Assembly: GCA_963666275.2 (NCBI GenBank)
Contig: CAXXOA010000001.1
Coordinates: forward strand, 2,432,001-2,496,000
Reading direction: 5' to 3'
Length of the DNA: 64,000 bases
From: Oceanispirochaeta sp.
GTDB taxonomy: Bacteria > Spirochaetota > Spirochaetia > DSM-2461
A program made the position numbers and the translations under genes. The notes beneath the pieces are model-generated. The model made no database searches and was not told the origin of the DNA. It saw only the letters and a list, made by a program, of their open reading frames with translations. Position 1 is the stretch's first letter, and every line of letters begins with the position of its first letter. Of the stretch, positions 1 through 10,034 are shown one piece after another.

Positions 1-102
1 TCTGATATCTCTGGTATAGGCCTGAACCGTCCGTTCCGAGAGGGTCCGTATATTCCGGCAGGTCTGTATATAGTCCATGATCCACTGTTCCACTTTATCC
101 AT
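1..102 (-). CDS. xerC: Tyrosine recombinase XerC, N-terminal part (runs off the window)
   Basis: Manual translation MDKVEQWIMDYIQTCRNIRTLSERTVQAYTRDIR matches the Xer N-terminal 'S..T..AY.RD' motif; ATG overlaps the dprA stop. Confidence 0.75.
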   Translation of the reverse strand, partial: MDKVEQWIMDYIQTCRNIRTLSERTVQAYTRDIR

Positions 103-1105
103 AGTAGGGCATCCTTTCCGCATGGGCGGTTCCGCCTGTTTTTTCTGACTGACAGATCATCCGCCAGAGAGAGAAATCTCCCTCCCGGGCCGTCCGGGGA
201 GTATTCCAGAATCCCCGTTCTGTCGGAACCGGGGGAGCGATCCGGCCGGGGAAAATATCCGCTGCGGATCCGATAACCCGGGCCCCCTGTTCGGCCAGGG
301 AGGCAGACCCCTCACTGCGGGTTCCCTCCAGACCGCAGCGGTGAACCAGGACCTCCCGCCCCTGCTCCAGAGCATAATCGGCGGTATAAAGCGCACCGGA
401 ACGCCGGGGAGCCTGTACAACCACAATATGAGTGCTCAAACCGCTTATGATTCTGTTCCTTTTGGGAAAATTGTAGCGGCAGGGGATGGTTCCCGGAAAG
501 AACTCACTGATGAGCCCTCCCCCGGCGGCAAGGATATCCTTCGCTATTTTGCCATGGGCAGCGGGATAGACGATATCGCAGCCTGTTCCCAGAACTGCCC
601 ATGTTCTGCCTTTGAGAGAAACCGCCCCCTTATGGGCGGCGCCATCCACACCCGCAGCCAGACCTGAAATAACGGGAATCCCGTTTCGGCCTGCATCCAG
701 CCCCAGAACAAAAGCCTCTTTTTCCGCGGAAAGGGAAGGCTTTCTTGTTCCGACCACTGCCAGGGAATCCTCGTTCCCGGGAGGCAGCGTCCCCTTCCAG
801 AAAAGGACCAGGGGAGGATCGTAAATCTCCTTCAGGAGAGAGGGATAGTTTGAATCTGTACAGGAACAGAAGGAAATGCCTGATTTTTCGGCAAAAGCCA
901 GGTCGTCCCCGGCCTGTTCCAGCATCTTTGAAGGATTGAATGACCGGCAGTAGAGTTTACGTCCCAGCAGCCATTCCGCTTCAAACCGGGTAAGCCCGGA
1001 AAAAGCTTTTTCATGGGGATACTCTTTCAGCAGAAGGAGTTTTTCCTCCAGCCTCAGGGAGCTGAGTCTGTGCAGGGCCAACAGGACGATCTGATTCACT
1101 GCCAT
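95..1105 (-). CDS. dprA: DNA-protecting protein DprA (Smf)
   Basis: YP..LKEIYDPP, AVVGTR, VISGLAAGVD, FPKRNRIISGLS, SGALYTA motifs. Confidence 0.95.
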   Translation of the reverse strand: MAVNQIVLLALHRLSSLRLEEKLLLLKEYPHEKAFSGLTRFEAEWLLGRKLYCRSFNPSKMLEQAGDDLAFAEKSGISFCSCTDSNYPSLLKEIYDPPLVLFWKGTLPPGNEDSLAVVGTRKPSLSAEKEAFVLGLDAGRNGIPVISGLAAGVDGAAHKGAVSLKGRTWAVLGTGCDIVYPAAHGKIAKDILAAGGGLISEFFPGTIPCRYNFPKRNRIISGLSTHIVVVQAPRRSGALYTADYALEQGREVLVHRCGLEGTRSEGSASLAEQGARVIGSAADIFPGRIAPPVPTERGFWNTPRTAREGDFSLWRMICQSEKTGGTAHAERMPYYG

Positions 1106-1845
1106 TTCTCCTCTTTTATCCTCTGGATATACTCACGGGTCTGCTGCTTCTGTTCTTCCGAACCGGGCAGAGTCAGAACTTTGTTATAGTGATCCAGGGC
1201 CTCTTCCAGGGATCCCATATCTTCAAGCAGCTGTCCGTAGAGAAGATGGGCCTTGCTGTCACTCCGTTCTACAGAGAGATACTCCTCCAGATAGGGCTGT
1301 GCTTCAAAAGGACGGTTCAATTCGTAAATATAGAGAATGGCAAGGCTGAAATAGGGAGACATAAACCGGGGCTCCACCTGAATGGCCCTCAGATAGTCCT
1401 GTTCGACCATTTCCATCTCGTCCTGTTTCTGTTCCGGGCTCTGGGTCGTTAATGCCAGCCGGGACTGGGCGACCCCCCGGTAGTAGTAGAGTCTTCCGTT
1501 TTCGGGAGAAAACTCCAGAGAACGGCTGAAACTGTCCCGGGCGGGTCCGTACATTTTGTAGTCCAGAAACTTCAGTCCCAGGGTTCTGTAGAAACGGCCT
1601 GTATTCCGTCCGGCGGTAATGGCATCATTCAGTTCATCTTCCCAGCGGTTGAGCTCTTTGCGGATCTCCCTGATCTCTTCAGGTTCCTCCCCGGCGCTGA
1701 GGGTTCCCCCCTCCATTTCATAAACCCGCTCAGCCAGCTCGGTATTCCGGCCGGGCTGACAGGACAGGAGAAGAGTCATCACAGTCAAAAGGAGTAGTGC
1801 TATCTGTCTTTTTCCGGCACCAGCCGGCGTATTCAGTTTAAACAT
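1096..1845 (-). CDS. TPR-repeat lipoprotein
   Basis: Lipobox LLLSC; several TPR-like helix pairs (e.g. AHLLYGQLLEDMGSLEEALDHYNKVL). Confidence 0.75.
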   Translation of the reverse strand: MFKLNTPAGAGKRQIALLLLTVMTLLLSCQPGRNTELAERVYEMEGGTLSAGEEPEEIREIRKELNRWEDELNDAITAGRNTGRFYRTLGLKFLDYKMYGPARDSFSRSLEFSPENGRLYYYRGVAQSRLALTTQSPEQKQDEMEMVEQDYLRAIQVEPRFMSPYFSLAILYIYELNRPFEAQPYLEEYLSVERSDSKAHLLYGQLLEDMGSLEEALDHYNKVLTLPGSEEQKQQTREYIQRIKEEKWQ

Positions 1846-1847
1846 AC

Positions 1848-2741
1848 CTAACCTCTGGGATGAAAATCCCCGTGTGCTTTGACAAGATCATCCCGATCCA
1901 GATGGGTATAAATCTGGGTTGTACTGATATCGGAATGCCCCAGCATCTCCTGAACGCTCCTCAGATCCGCCCCGCCCTGTAGCAGATGGGTGGCAAAGGA
2001 GTGACGAAGGGTGTGGATTTTGCCGGAGACCCCGGCATTGTCCGCAATGGTCCTGAAATTTTTCCACATCCCTTTCCGGGAGAGCCCTTTCCCCCGGTTG
2101 TTGAGAAAAACCTTGTTTGTCTGGACACCGGGTTTCAGAAGCCGGGGTCTCACATCCTTCAGATAGAGACGGAGCCAGTATTCCGCTTCGCTTCCCAGAG
2201 GGACCCATCTCTCTTTACTGCCTTTACCGAAAACCTGAATCATCCCCTCTTCCACAAAAATCTGGGTCATTTCCATTTCCACAGCTTCGGAGACCCGCAG
2301 GCCGCAGGAGTAGATCAGCTCAAAAAGGGTTCTGTCCCTTTTACCCAGGTTTGTATCCAGAGGAATCGCATCAAGAAACGCTTCAATCTCTTCCAGGTTC
2401 ATAACCTCCGGCAGAGACTGGGTGATGCGGGGCATATCCATGGAGTTCAGGGGATTGTCCTGCCGGATTCCCGAAAGCTGGAGATACTCCATCATGGACC
2501 GGAGACTGCTGAGGATCCGGGAGAGTGTCCGGGGACTCAGGTCTTTCTCCTTCTGCCTTTCATGGATCAGATAATCTTCCAGAACAGCCGTATCCGCATC
2601 GCTCCAGGTCCGGTTTTTCTTTTCCAGAAAATCTTCAAGCCTCAAAACCTCCCGCAGATAGGCTTCCACTGTATTGGGAGACATACGGAGCTCAACTCTG
2701 AGGTAGGTATCGTACTGCCTGGAGATTTTCAAACCGGTCAT
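1848..2741 (-). CDS. xerD: Tyrosine recombinase XerD
   Basis: LIYSCGLRVSE, GKGSKER, HTLRHSFATHLL, LGHSDISTTQIYTH. Confidence 0.9.
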   Translation of the reverse strand: MTGLKISRQYDTYLRVELRMSPNTVEAYLREVLRLEDFLEKKNRTWSDADTAVLEDYLIHERQKEKDLSPRTLSRILSSLRSMMEYLQLSGIRQDNPLNSMDMPRITQSLPEVMNLEEIEAFLDAIPLDTNLGKRDRTLFELIYSCGLRVSEAVEMEMTQIFVEEGMIQVFGKGSKERWVPLGSEAEYWLRLYLKDVRPRLLKPGVQTNKVFLNNRGKGLSRKGMWKNFRTIADNAGVSGKIHTLRHSFATHLLQGGADLRSVQEMLGHSDISTTQIYTHLDRDDLVKAHGDFHPRG

Positions 2742-2745
2742 TTTT

Positions 2746-3954
2746 TCAGCCTTCGTTCCCGGAAGGAACTTTTTTATTTCTCAGATAGGTGGGGACATAG
2801 AGATCGGTCTCTACCGACCCGGCTCCGAGGAAGCTCTGGAATCCGTTACCCCCTCCGGAAATCTCCCTTTTAACAGAGCTGGAATCGTCATAAAAACTCT
2901 TCCACTTGTCATAGGAGAGGACTTCATCATTTTCTGAAGGGATAGCCGGGATCTTCTCTTCCACAGCCTGCTCGGCCTGCTGACTATTCCGTCTGGAATG
3001 AAAACCTGTGGCAATGACCGAAACCTGAATTTCATCTTCCATGGCTTCGTCAATGGTGGTACCGGAAATCACAGTGGCATCGGGATCAATGTTTTCCGTA
3101 ATGATATCCATAATCTCTTTGTATTCAGACAGTGCCAGGCTGTGACCGCCGGCAACATTCACAAGAAGCCCCATGGCTCCATCGATATTGGCATCTTCCA
3201 GCAGGGGGTTGTTGATGGCGCTGGTGGCGGCATCGATGGCCCGGTTATCGCCCCGGCCCGTACCGATTCCCATGAGAGCCTCTCCCTGGCCGTTCATAAC
3301 GGCTTTAACATCGGCAAAGTCAATGTTGATATCCCCATGCTGGGTTATCAGATCGGAAATTCCCTGTACGCCCTGTCTGAGAACATCATCGGCTTTGAGA
3401 AAGGCTTCCCGGATCGGAGTGTTCTTCTCGACGATTTTCATAAGGTTTTCATTGGGAATCGTAATGAGAGTATCCACTTCGTTGTAAAGTTTCTCTATAC
3501 CCGATTCGGCAAGGCCCATCTTCCTTTTCTGCTCGAAACCGAAGGGTTTTGTAACAACAGCTACGGTCAGAGCTCCGATCTCCTTGGCAATTCTGGCAAT
3601 AACGGGAGCGCTTCCCGTCCCGGTACCGCCGCCCATGCCGGCAGTGATGAAAACCATGTCCGCCCCTTTCAGGATGTTTTTGATGGTTTCCTTGTCCTCT
3701 TCTGCCGCCTGTTCGCCCACATCGGGATTTCCACCTGCTCCCAGACCGCCTGTCAGCTTGGTCCCCAGAGGAAGCTTGATCTTTGCCTCCGATTTTTCAA
3801 GGGCCTGCAGATCCGTATTAGCCGCTACAAATTCAACACCCTGTACACCACAGGAAATCATGCGGTTTACCGCATTACTTCCGCCGCCGCCCGCACCTAT
3901 GACTTTGATAACCGTTTTGTTACCTAAAGTTTCTTCCAGAATTTCCAGTTCCAT
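2746..3954 (-). CDS. ftsZ: Cell division protein FtsZ
   Basis: GGGTGTG tubulin signature, NIDFADV, C-terminal VPTYLR; start at MELEI after GGAGG. Confidence 0.98.
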   Translation of the reverse strand: MELEILEETLGNKTVIKVIGAGGGGSNAVNRMISCGVQGVEFVAANTDLQALEKSEAKIKLPLGTKLTGGLGAGGNPDVGEQAAEEDKETIKNILKGADMVFITAGMGGGTGTGSAPVIARIAKEIGALTVAVVTKPFGFEQKRKMGLAESGIEKLYNEVDTLITIPNENLMKIVEKNTPIREAFLKADDVLRQGVQGISDLITQHGDINIDFADVKAVMNGQGEALMGIGTGRGDNRAIDAATSAINNPLLEDANIDGAMGLLVNVAGGHSLALSEYKEIMDIITENIDPDATVISGTTIDEAMEDEIQVSVIATGFHSRRNSQQAEQAVEEKIPAIPSENDEVLSYDKWKSFYDDSSSVKREISGGGNGFQSFLGAGSVETDLYVPTYLRNKKVPSGNEG

Positions 3955-4018
3955 AAAATCCCCTCCCAAGGATATCCGAATATCTATGATCTAAGGCCTT
4001 TCACAAAAGGCCTGTATT

Positions 4019-5257
4019 CTATACAAAATTGCTCAGCCAGTCCCGGATGCCCTTCCAGACCGAATGCCCCGGACCGGCAGAACTCCCCTCACCCTCCGGA
4101 GAGTAGTGATTCTGCCCTTTGTCCGCTGCAATCACCAGCCCCACCGCCGAAGCGAAAACCGGGGTCCGGCAGGGACCGGGGATATCTCTGATTCCCGAAG
4201 GAATCCCTATACGGACAGGGCGGCTGAAAATATCCGAAGCCAGCTCGGCAGTCCCCTGCAGCTGTGCTCCTCCGCCAGTGATAACAATCCCGCCTCCCAG
4301 ACGGTTCAGATACCCCTTCTGATGGAGCTGTTTCCTCACAAGGAGGAAGATTTCCGCCATACGGGACTGGATGATCCGGCAGACTTCCACTTCCGGAAAA
4401 CTCCGGGGCGGTCGGCCTCCCAGTCCGGGCAGAAGGATTTCACCGGAAGGATCCACCAGGGGCTCCCAGCAGCATCCGTTTCCCAGCTTGATTTTTTCCG
4501 CCAGCTCCAGGGGCTGTTCCATCACAATCGACAGATCACTGGTCACCTGTTCCCCGCCCACAGGAAGGGAACCTGAATAGTGGGGGGCCCCTTCGTAGTG
4601 CAGAATGATATCTGTCGTTCCCCCGCCGATATCGATGAGCAGAACCCCGAGTTCTTTCTCTTCTTCTGTCAGGACAGCGTCTCCTGCGCACAGAGCCTCC
4701 AGAGAGATCTCATTAACTTTGTAGCCGCTCCTGTTAATACACTTGATAATATTCTGAGTGGCGGCGATGCTGGCAGTCACAATGTGGACGTCCGCTTCGA
4801 GTCTCACACCGATCATGTCCAGGGGATCCCGGATGCCCACTTTATCATCAACCATATAGTTCTGGGGAATCACATGAAGGATCTCTCTGTCCATGGGGGT
4901 GGCGATGGCTCTGGCAGCCTCCAGGACTCTTTTGATATCCAGGGCTGTGACCTCTCTTGTTTTACCGCTGACGGCCACGACACCCCGGGAATTCAGGCCC
5001 TCCACATTGCCGCCGGTCACGGCGGTATAGACATCGCTTACTGTGCGGCCTGCTTCCTGTTCCGCCTCTTCCACAGCCTGGGCAATGGCTCGCTGTGCCG
5101 CTTCGATATTGACAACCACACCTTTCCTGAGCCCTTCCGAGGGGACCTGGGCATAACCGGATATATAGAGTTCCCCTTCTTCATTGTATTCGGCGATAAC
5201 AGCACAAATGGTATCTGTACCTATATCCAGTCCGACAATAATATCATTCTCCGGCAC
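4019..5257 (-). CDS. ftsA: Cell division protein FtsA
   Basis: VGLDIGT, LIDIGGGTT, ITGGGA actin-like motifs; position upstream of ftsZ. Confidence 0.97.
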   Translation of the reverse strand: MPENDIIVGLDIGTDTICAVIAEYNEEGELYISGYAQVPSEGLRKGVVVNIEAAQRAIAQAVEEAEQEAGRTVSDVYTAVTGGNVEGLNSRGVVAVSGKTREVTALDIKRVLEAARAIATPMDREILHVIPQNYMVDDKVGIRDPLDMIGVRLEADVHIVTASIAATQNIIKCINRSGYKVNEISLEALCAGDAVLTEEEKELGVLLIDIGGGTTDIILHYEGAPHYSGSLPVGGEQVTSDLSIVMEQPLELAEKIKLGNGCCWEPLVDPSGEILLPGLGGRPPRSFPEVEVCRIIQSRMAEIFLLVRKQLHQKGYLNRLGGGIVITGGGAQLQGTAELASDIFSRPVRIGIPSGIRDIPGPCRTPVFASAVGLVIAADKGQNHYSPEGEGSSAGPGHSVWKGIRDWLSNFV

Positions 5258-6040
5258 CTAAACGCCCTCCCTCATTTTCAGTATTACCTGTCCGGACCTG
5301 AAATCCGCATATTCCACATCACTCAGCATGGCCCTTTTCTTCATCACATCCAGGACAAGCATCGCCTTCTTGAGGAGCTGTTCATCCAGGTTTTCCGATA
5401 CAAGAACGGGTATGGCGAAGGACTTGAAGTAAAGTGTAAAATCATAAAGGCCTTCTCCCTTTTCCCTGACGGATATCTCGGAGATCCCGCTGAAAAGAAG
5501 GGGATTGTCCATCTGAAGCATTTTAAGATCTTCCAGAAGCGGCATAAGCCCCTCGGGCAGGGTCATCCCCACCTCCATTTCTGAAAATTCCGATCCTGTC
5601 AGAACGGGAAGATCCAGACCTTCTCCGGCATGACCCGCATGAAAGAGGACCCCCTGATCATCAAATACAACGGGAAGAGCTGTGTTGTCCTGGACTTTCA
5701 GGAACATTCCCAGAGGATTCCTTCCGTAGAGGACGATTTTCAGGGTATTGGGAAACTGCTTCTCCACAAAGGCCTTCCGAATGAGGGGCGAACTCTCATA
5801 ACTGGCCTGAACAATGTCCTCATCCAGCGTAAGATAGTTGACCTGTCCCTGAATCCCTCCCATCCGCAGAAGCGTCTGGTCAGGCAGCTGCAGTGTGCTT
5901 TCCAGCAGGACCTGCCGGATCTTCATCCTGGGTATGACCAGCACATTCAGGACAATCTGAATGACCAGGACAACAGCCAGTACCAGCATAACAAGAAAAA
6001 GAGTGTTCCGGGTTTTCCTGTAGAGGGAGGAGTTATTCAT
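5258..6040 (-). CDS. ftsQ: Cell division protein FtsQ/DivIB
   Basis: Single TM, POTRA-like 'VEKQFPNTLKI', C-terminal YADFR; dcw position. Confidence 0.85.
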   Translation of the reverse strand: MNNSSLYRKTRNTLFLVMLVLAVVLVIQIVLNVLVIPRMKIRQVLLESTLQLPDQTLLRMGGIQGQVNYLTLDEDIVQASYESSPLIRKAFVEKQFPNTLKIVLYGRNPLGMFLKVQDNTALPVVFDDQGVLFHAGHAGEGLDLPVLTGSEFSEMEVGMTLPEGLMPLLEDLKMLQMDNPLLFSGISEISVREKGEGLYDFTLYFKSFAIPVLVSENLDEQLLKKAMLVLDVMKKRAMLSDVEYADFRSGQVILKMREGV

Positions 6041-7175
6041 AACAGGCTTTCTCCTCATTCCGGATCATATACCGGGAAAAGTTCAGCAGCAGCCCGAATA
6101 TCCCCAGAGTGACAAAGGTGGATGTTCCACCTGCGGAAAACAGCGGCAGGGGAATACCTGTAGCAGGAAGAGCCCCGGAGACGACAGCCATATTGATAAG
6201 AGCCTGGAAATAGACAGCGCTGGTCAGACCGAAAGCAGCCAGACGAATGTAGGCTGTTTCTCCCTTCACCGCAATGGAATACCCTTTCAGGGCAAAGAAG
6301 AGATAGAGGGCCAGTATGAAAAGGATTCCCACGAATCCCGCTTCCTCACCCACTACGGCAAAAACAAAATCCGAATGCGCCGCAGGCAGACCACCCAGTT
6401 TAATCTCTCCCCGGCCGATTCCCAGGCCCAGGAGGGAACCGTTTTCCAGAGCCATCCGGGCTTTAAGGAGCTGATACCCCGCTCCGGAAGGATCTTCCAG
6501 AGGATGCAGCCAGGATTTGATCCTTTCAATCCTGTAGGGTTTTGCCATCACCATGGGCACCGCACAGAGGATGATGGAGAAAATGCCTGTAAAGAGATAA
6601 CTCCCTTTGAGACCGGCAATAAACAGGATAATAAGAGAAAGGGCGAAAATATAGATGGCAGAAGAAAAATCGTTCTGAAAATAGACAATCGATGTCATGA
6701 GAACGGCCATTATCAGCACCGGCAGAACCGAGTTGAGCAGATCGCTCATGGCCTCTTTCTTTTTATCCAGGATATGAGCCATATAGAGGACCAGGGCCAC
6801 TCTGACAAGTTCACTGGGCTGAAAGGACTGTCCCCCGATCTCGATCCACCTGGTAGCCCCGCCGGCATGGCTGCCGATACCGGGAACATAGGTAAGCAGA
6901 TTGAGTACCAGTGTGACAAAAACAAAGGGAATGGTCCATTTACGGATAAATCCCAGAGGAAGCCGTGAAAGGAGAAGCCCGAAAAGCCCTCCCAGAACAA
7001 TCCAGAGGAGCTGCCTGTTGAAAAAATAGAAAGGGTCGTTGGCGGCAATCCTGCCGAAATGATAGGAAGCGGAAAACAGAGCGCTCACACCTGTCCCTGT
7101 CAGGAGTACCATTACCCCTTTCAGTCCCGAGTCACTCATATTGCTGATGATCCTGTCCGCTGCGAACTGTCTCAT
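6033..7175 (-). CDS. ftsW: SEDS peptidoglycan polymerase FtsW
   Basis: GGATRWI, FQPSE, LPAAHSDF, GIPLPLFSAGG. Confidence 0.95.
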   Translation of the reverse strand: MRQFAADRIISNMSDSGLKGVMVLLTGTGVSALFSASYHFGRIAANDPFYFFNRQLLWIVLGGLFGLLLSRLPLGFIRKWTIPFVFVTLVLNLLTYVPGIGSHAGGATRWIEIGGQSFQPSELVRVALVLYMAHILDKKKEAMSDLLNSVLPVLIMAVLMTSIVYFQNDFSSAIYIFALSLIILFIAGLKGSYLFTGIFSIILCAVPMVMAKPYRIERIKSWLHPLEDPSGAGYQLLKARMALENGSLLGLGIGRGEIKLGGLPAAHSDFVFAVVGEEAGFVGILFILALYLFFALKGYSIAVKGETAYIRLAAFGLTSAVYFQALINMAVVSGALPATGIPLPLFSAGGTSTFVTLGIFGLLLNFSRYMIRNEEKACYE

Positions 7176-7201
7176 TTCCTCTTACCGCATCCTTTCCGCT
7201 T

Positions 7202-8281
7202 TTACTGTATCTTCAGAGTGGAAAGCCCCAGAAGGGCAAACATTCCGCCGAGAATCCAGAACCGGGTGACAACTTTGCTTTCGGCCCAGCCGGTCAGTTC
7301 AAAATGGTGATGGATGGGAGCCATTTTAAAGACCCTTTTCCCCGTTCTTTTAAAAGAGTAGACCTGAATCATCACAGAGGCGGTTTCGATCACAAAAACA
7401 CCCCCGATCACAAGAAGGAGGATCTCTTTTTTCAGGATCAGTGAAAGAAGAGCCAGAAAACCGCCCATGGACAGGCTCCCTGTATCTCCCATCATGACTT
7501 CCGATGGATGACAATTGAACCAGAGGAAGCCCACACAGGCTCCCAGAAGGGCCAGACCGCTGATGGTCAGCTCTCCTGTCCCGGCCAGATAGGGAATCTG
7601 AAGGTAATCGGCAAACTCTATATGACCGGAAAGATAGGCAATGGCCGAAAAGGCGATGAGCGCGAAGATCATCAGACCTGTAGCCAGACCGTCCAGCCCG
7701 TCGGTGAGATTCACAGCATTGGAAAATCCGACCATGTAGAAAACGCCGAAGGGAATGTAGAAGATCCCCATATCAAGAACAGCGTTTTTCAGAAACGGAA
7801 TATAGAGCAGGGTGGTATGTTCATTTCTAGTCAGATACAGAACCACCATGATGGTTGTGGAGATCAGAAGCTGTCCCCACAGTTTCAGTCCGGAACGGAG
7901 GCCTTCCGAACTTTTCCTGCTGATTTTGAGGTAGTCGTCCATAAAGCCGAGGCCGCCGAATCCGATAAGAGACAGAACCATGAGCCATGTATAGAACTGG
8001 GAGGTGTCCTGCCAGAGTATGATAGAAACAACAACCGAAAGGACGATCAGGACGCCCCCCATTGTGGGTGTCCCGGCCTTGGCCAGATGAGTCTGGGGTC
8101 CGTCGTTCCGGACCTCCTGGCCCAGTTTCAGCTGAGTCAGCATCCGGATAACCCGGGGGCCGAACATAAACGACAGAAGAAGAGCAGTCACAGCCGCATA
8201 AGCCGCACGGAAGCTTATGTACTTGAAAATATTAAAAAATGAAAAATACTTAACCAGCGGATAAAATATCGCCTCTAACAT
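7202..8281 (-). CDS. mraY: Phospho-N-acetylmuramoyl-pentapeptide transferase
   Basis: GTPTMGG, NAVNLTDGLDGL, MGDTGS, MAPIHHHFE. Confidence 0.97.
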   Translation of the reverse strand: MLEAIFYPLVKYFSFFNIFKYISFRAAYAAVTALLLSFMFGPRVIRMLTQLKLGQEVRNDGPQTHLAKAGTPTMGGVLIVLSVVVSIILWQDTSQFYTWLMVLSLIGFGGLGFMDDYLKISRKSSEGLRSGLKLWGQLLISTTIMVVLYLTRNEHTTLLYIPFLKNAVLDMGIFYIPFGVFYMVGFSNAVNLTDGLDGLATGLMIFALIAFSAIAYLSGHIEFADYLQIPYLAGTGELTISGLALLGACVGFLWFNCHPSEVMMGDTGSLSMGGFLALLSLILKKEILLLVIGGVFVIETASVMIQVYSFKRTGKRVFKMAPIHHHFELTGWAESKVVTRFWILGGMFALLGLSTLKIQ

Positions 8282-8361
8282 GTCCCCTCCCGAACACGGA
8301 AATTTCCAATTTACCAGTACCACCCCGTTATCGGGACAGATTATGTCGCTTTTAAAAAGCT

Positions 8362-9762
8362 TTATTTCGGAGCTTTGTAACCGGTCAGGCCGTCGGTCAG
8401 CCTTTCCAGTTCCATCCCCCTGGAACCTTTTAACAGAACCAGATCCCCCGCTGCAACGTATTCCATCACTGCGGTTTTCAGCTCCTGAAAATCGGTGGTA
8501 TGAAAAACAGCCCTTCCCTGACGCTTCAAAGCCTCAAAAGCTGCTTTCATCTCAGAACCGAAGAGAAAGATTCTTTCCGCCTCGACCCTTTCCAGAGAGT
8601 CCGCCAGTGAGGCATGAGCCCCGGGACTCTCTTCTCCCAGTTCCAGCATGTCTCCGAGAACCAGAACGCGTCTCCCCACAGTCGGCATGGAGGACACCAT
8701 TCTGACCGAAGCCAGCACGGAATCAGGATTGGCATTGTAACAGTCCTGCACCACAGTGATAGAACCCTTGAGGATCTGGGACCGTCCGAAGGATGCGGTC
8801 ATACCCGCCATCCCCTCCTGAATACAGGAAACCGGAACGCCCAGATACCGGGCCACTTTTATAGCAGCCAGAGCGTTCTGAAGATTGTGTTTTCCCGGAA
8901 GAGGTACGGCTATCGTATAGTCGGCATACTCAAGCTCATACCCTTCAAGGCCCTTATCCGCAATATTCAGAAGCCCCTCTTCGGACCTCTCACCAAAACT
9001 GTACAGGGTACCCCGAAGGTGCTCTGTCAGAACAGACATAAAACCTTCATTTTCATAAAGAAAAGCGGCATTTTCGGGACCGAAACCGGAAAAGATTTTC
9101 CGTTTTTCCTCGGCTATTTTCCTCTGGCTTCCCAGATGCCCGATATGAGCTCTTCCTATATTTGTTATCACCGCCAGATCCGGTCTGGCTACGGCTTTCA
9201 GTATATCCATTTCACCGATATGGTTGATTCCCATTTCAAGAACCGCATAATCATAGTTGCCTTTCATCCGGAGGACCGTCAGAGGCAGGCCTATTTCCGA
9301 ATTCAGATTCCCCGGATTCTTATAGGTCGGCTTATGCAGACTCAGAATGGAAGCAATCATCTCTTTTGTGGTGGTTTTCCCGTTACTGCCGGTAATACCG
9401 ATCACTTTCAGAGTGCTGTATTTTTTACGGTGTTCTTCTGCCAGTTTCTGCAGCTGTTTCAGCGTATCATCGACAGGGAAAAACAGCACACCATAGCGCT
9501 GTACCCAACCGGTAACGCTTTCAAGATGCTTTTCCGCCCAGGAGCGCATGACAAGTGCAGCACAGCAGCCGTTTTCCAGGGCCGATTCAATATGAAGATG
9601 GCCGTCGGTTCTCTCTCCGATCAGAGGAACGAACAGATTTCTGGGCGCTCCTTTTCTGGAGTCGATACAGACATCCACAGGCTCTACAAACTGCTGACGG
9701 TCTCCGAAAACATGACCGTCGCTGAGAGCCAGAAGATTTGTAAGCTGAAAGGGATTCATCAT
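8362..9762 (-). CDS. murF: UDP-MurNAc-tripeptide D-Ala-D-Ala ligase
   Basis: ITGSNGKTTTKE, DCYNANP, LGDMLELG, LLKGSRG. Confidence 0.96.
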   Translation of the reverse strand: MMNPFQLTNLLALSDGHVFGDRQQFVEPVDVCIDSRKGAPRNLFVPLIGERTDGHLHIESALENGCCAALVMRSWAEKHLESVTGWVQRYGVLFFPVDDTLKQLQKLAEEHRKKYSTLKVIGITGSNGKTTTKEMIASILSLHKPTYKNPGNLNSEIGLPLTVLRMKGNYDYAVLEMGINHIGEMDILKAVARPDLAVITNIGRAHIGHLGSQRKIAEEKRKIFSGFGPENAAFLYENEGFMSVLTEHLRGTLYSFGERSEEGLLNIADKGLEGYELEYADYTIAVPLPGKHNLQNALAAIKVARYLGVPVSCIQEGMAGMTASFGRSQILKGSITVVQDCYNANPDSVLASVRMVSSMPTVGRRVLVLGDMLELGEESPGAHASLADSLERVEAERIFLFGSEMKAAFEALKRQGRAVFHTTDFQELKTAVMEYVAAGDLVLLKGSRGMELERLTDGLTGYKAPK

Positions 9763-10034
9763 GGATTGTCCCTCACAACATGCACAACATCTTCCGGTTC
9801 CAGTTTATCAAGCCCCAGGTCCTTCTCTGCCAGCTCGCCCACTCTGGAAGGAGAGCTGTAAACAGCCAGGGCCGCCAGGGCTCTTTTATTTTTCTCAAGC
9901 ATCTCTATCTGCTGTTCCTGCAGCCTGACCAAAGCTTCCTGTACCTGCTGATACCGATAACTCTGCCAGATATTCAGGCAGAGCATGGCAGGGAACAGGA
10001 GCAGCATAGCCAGAGAAAGGATTTTTTTAGCCAT
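9759..10034 (-). CDS. ftsL: Cell division protein FtsL
   Basis: Short TM + coiled coil, SPSRV..LA...LG; between rsmH and murF. Confidence 0.8.
   Translation of the reverse strand: MAKKILSLAMLLLFPAMLCLNIWQSYRYQQVQEALVRLQEQQIEMLEKNKRALAALAVYSSPSRVGELAEKDLGLDKLEPEDVVHVVRDNP

Noticed and set aside
1..2741. Prophage/ICE integrases
   Set aside because: Both recombinases look like chromosomal XerC/XerD in housekeeping context with no cargo or att sites
8362..10034. Missing ftsI/murE in the dcw cluster as a novelty
   Set aside because: This reduced order is the usual spirochaete arrangement
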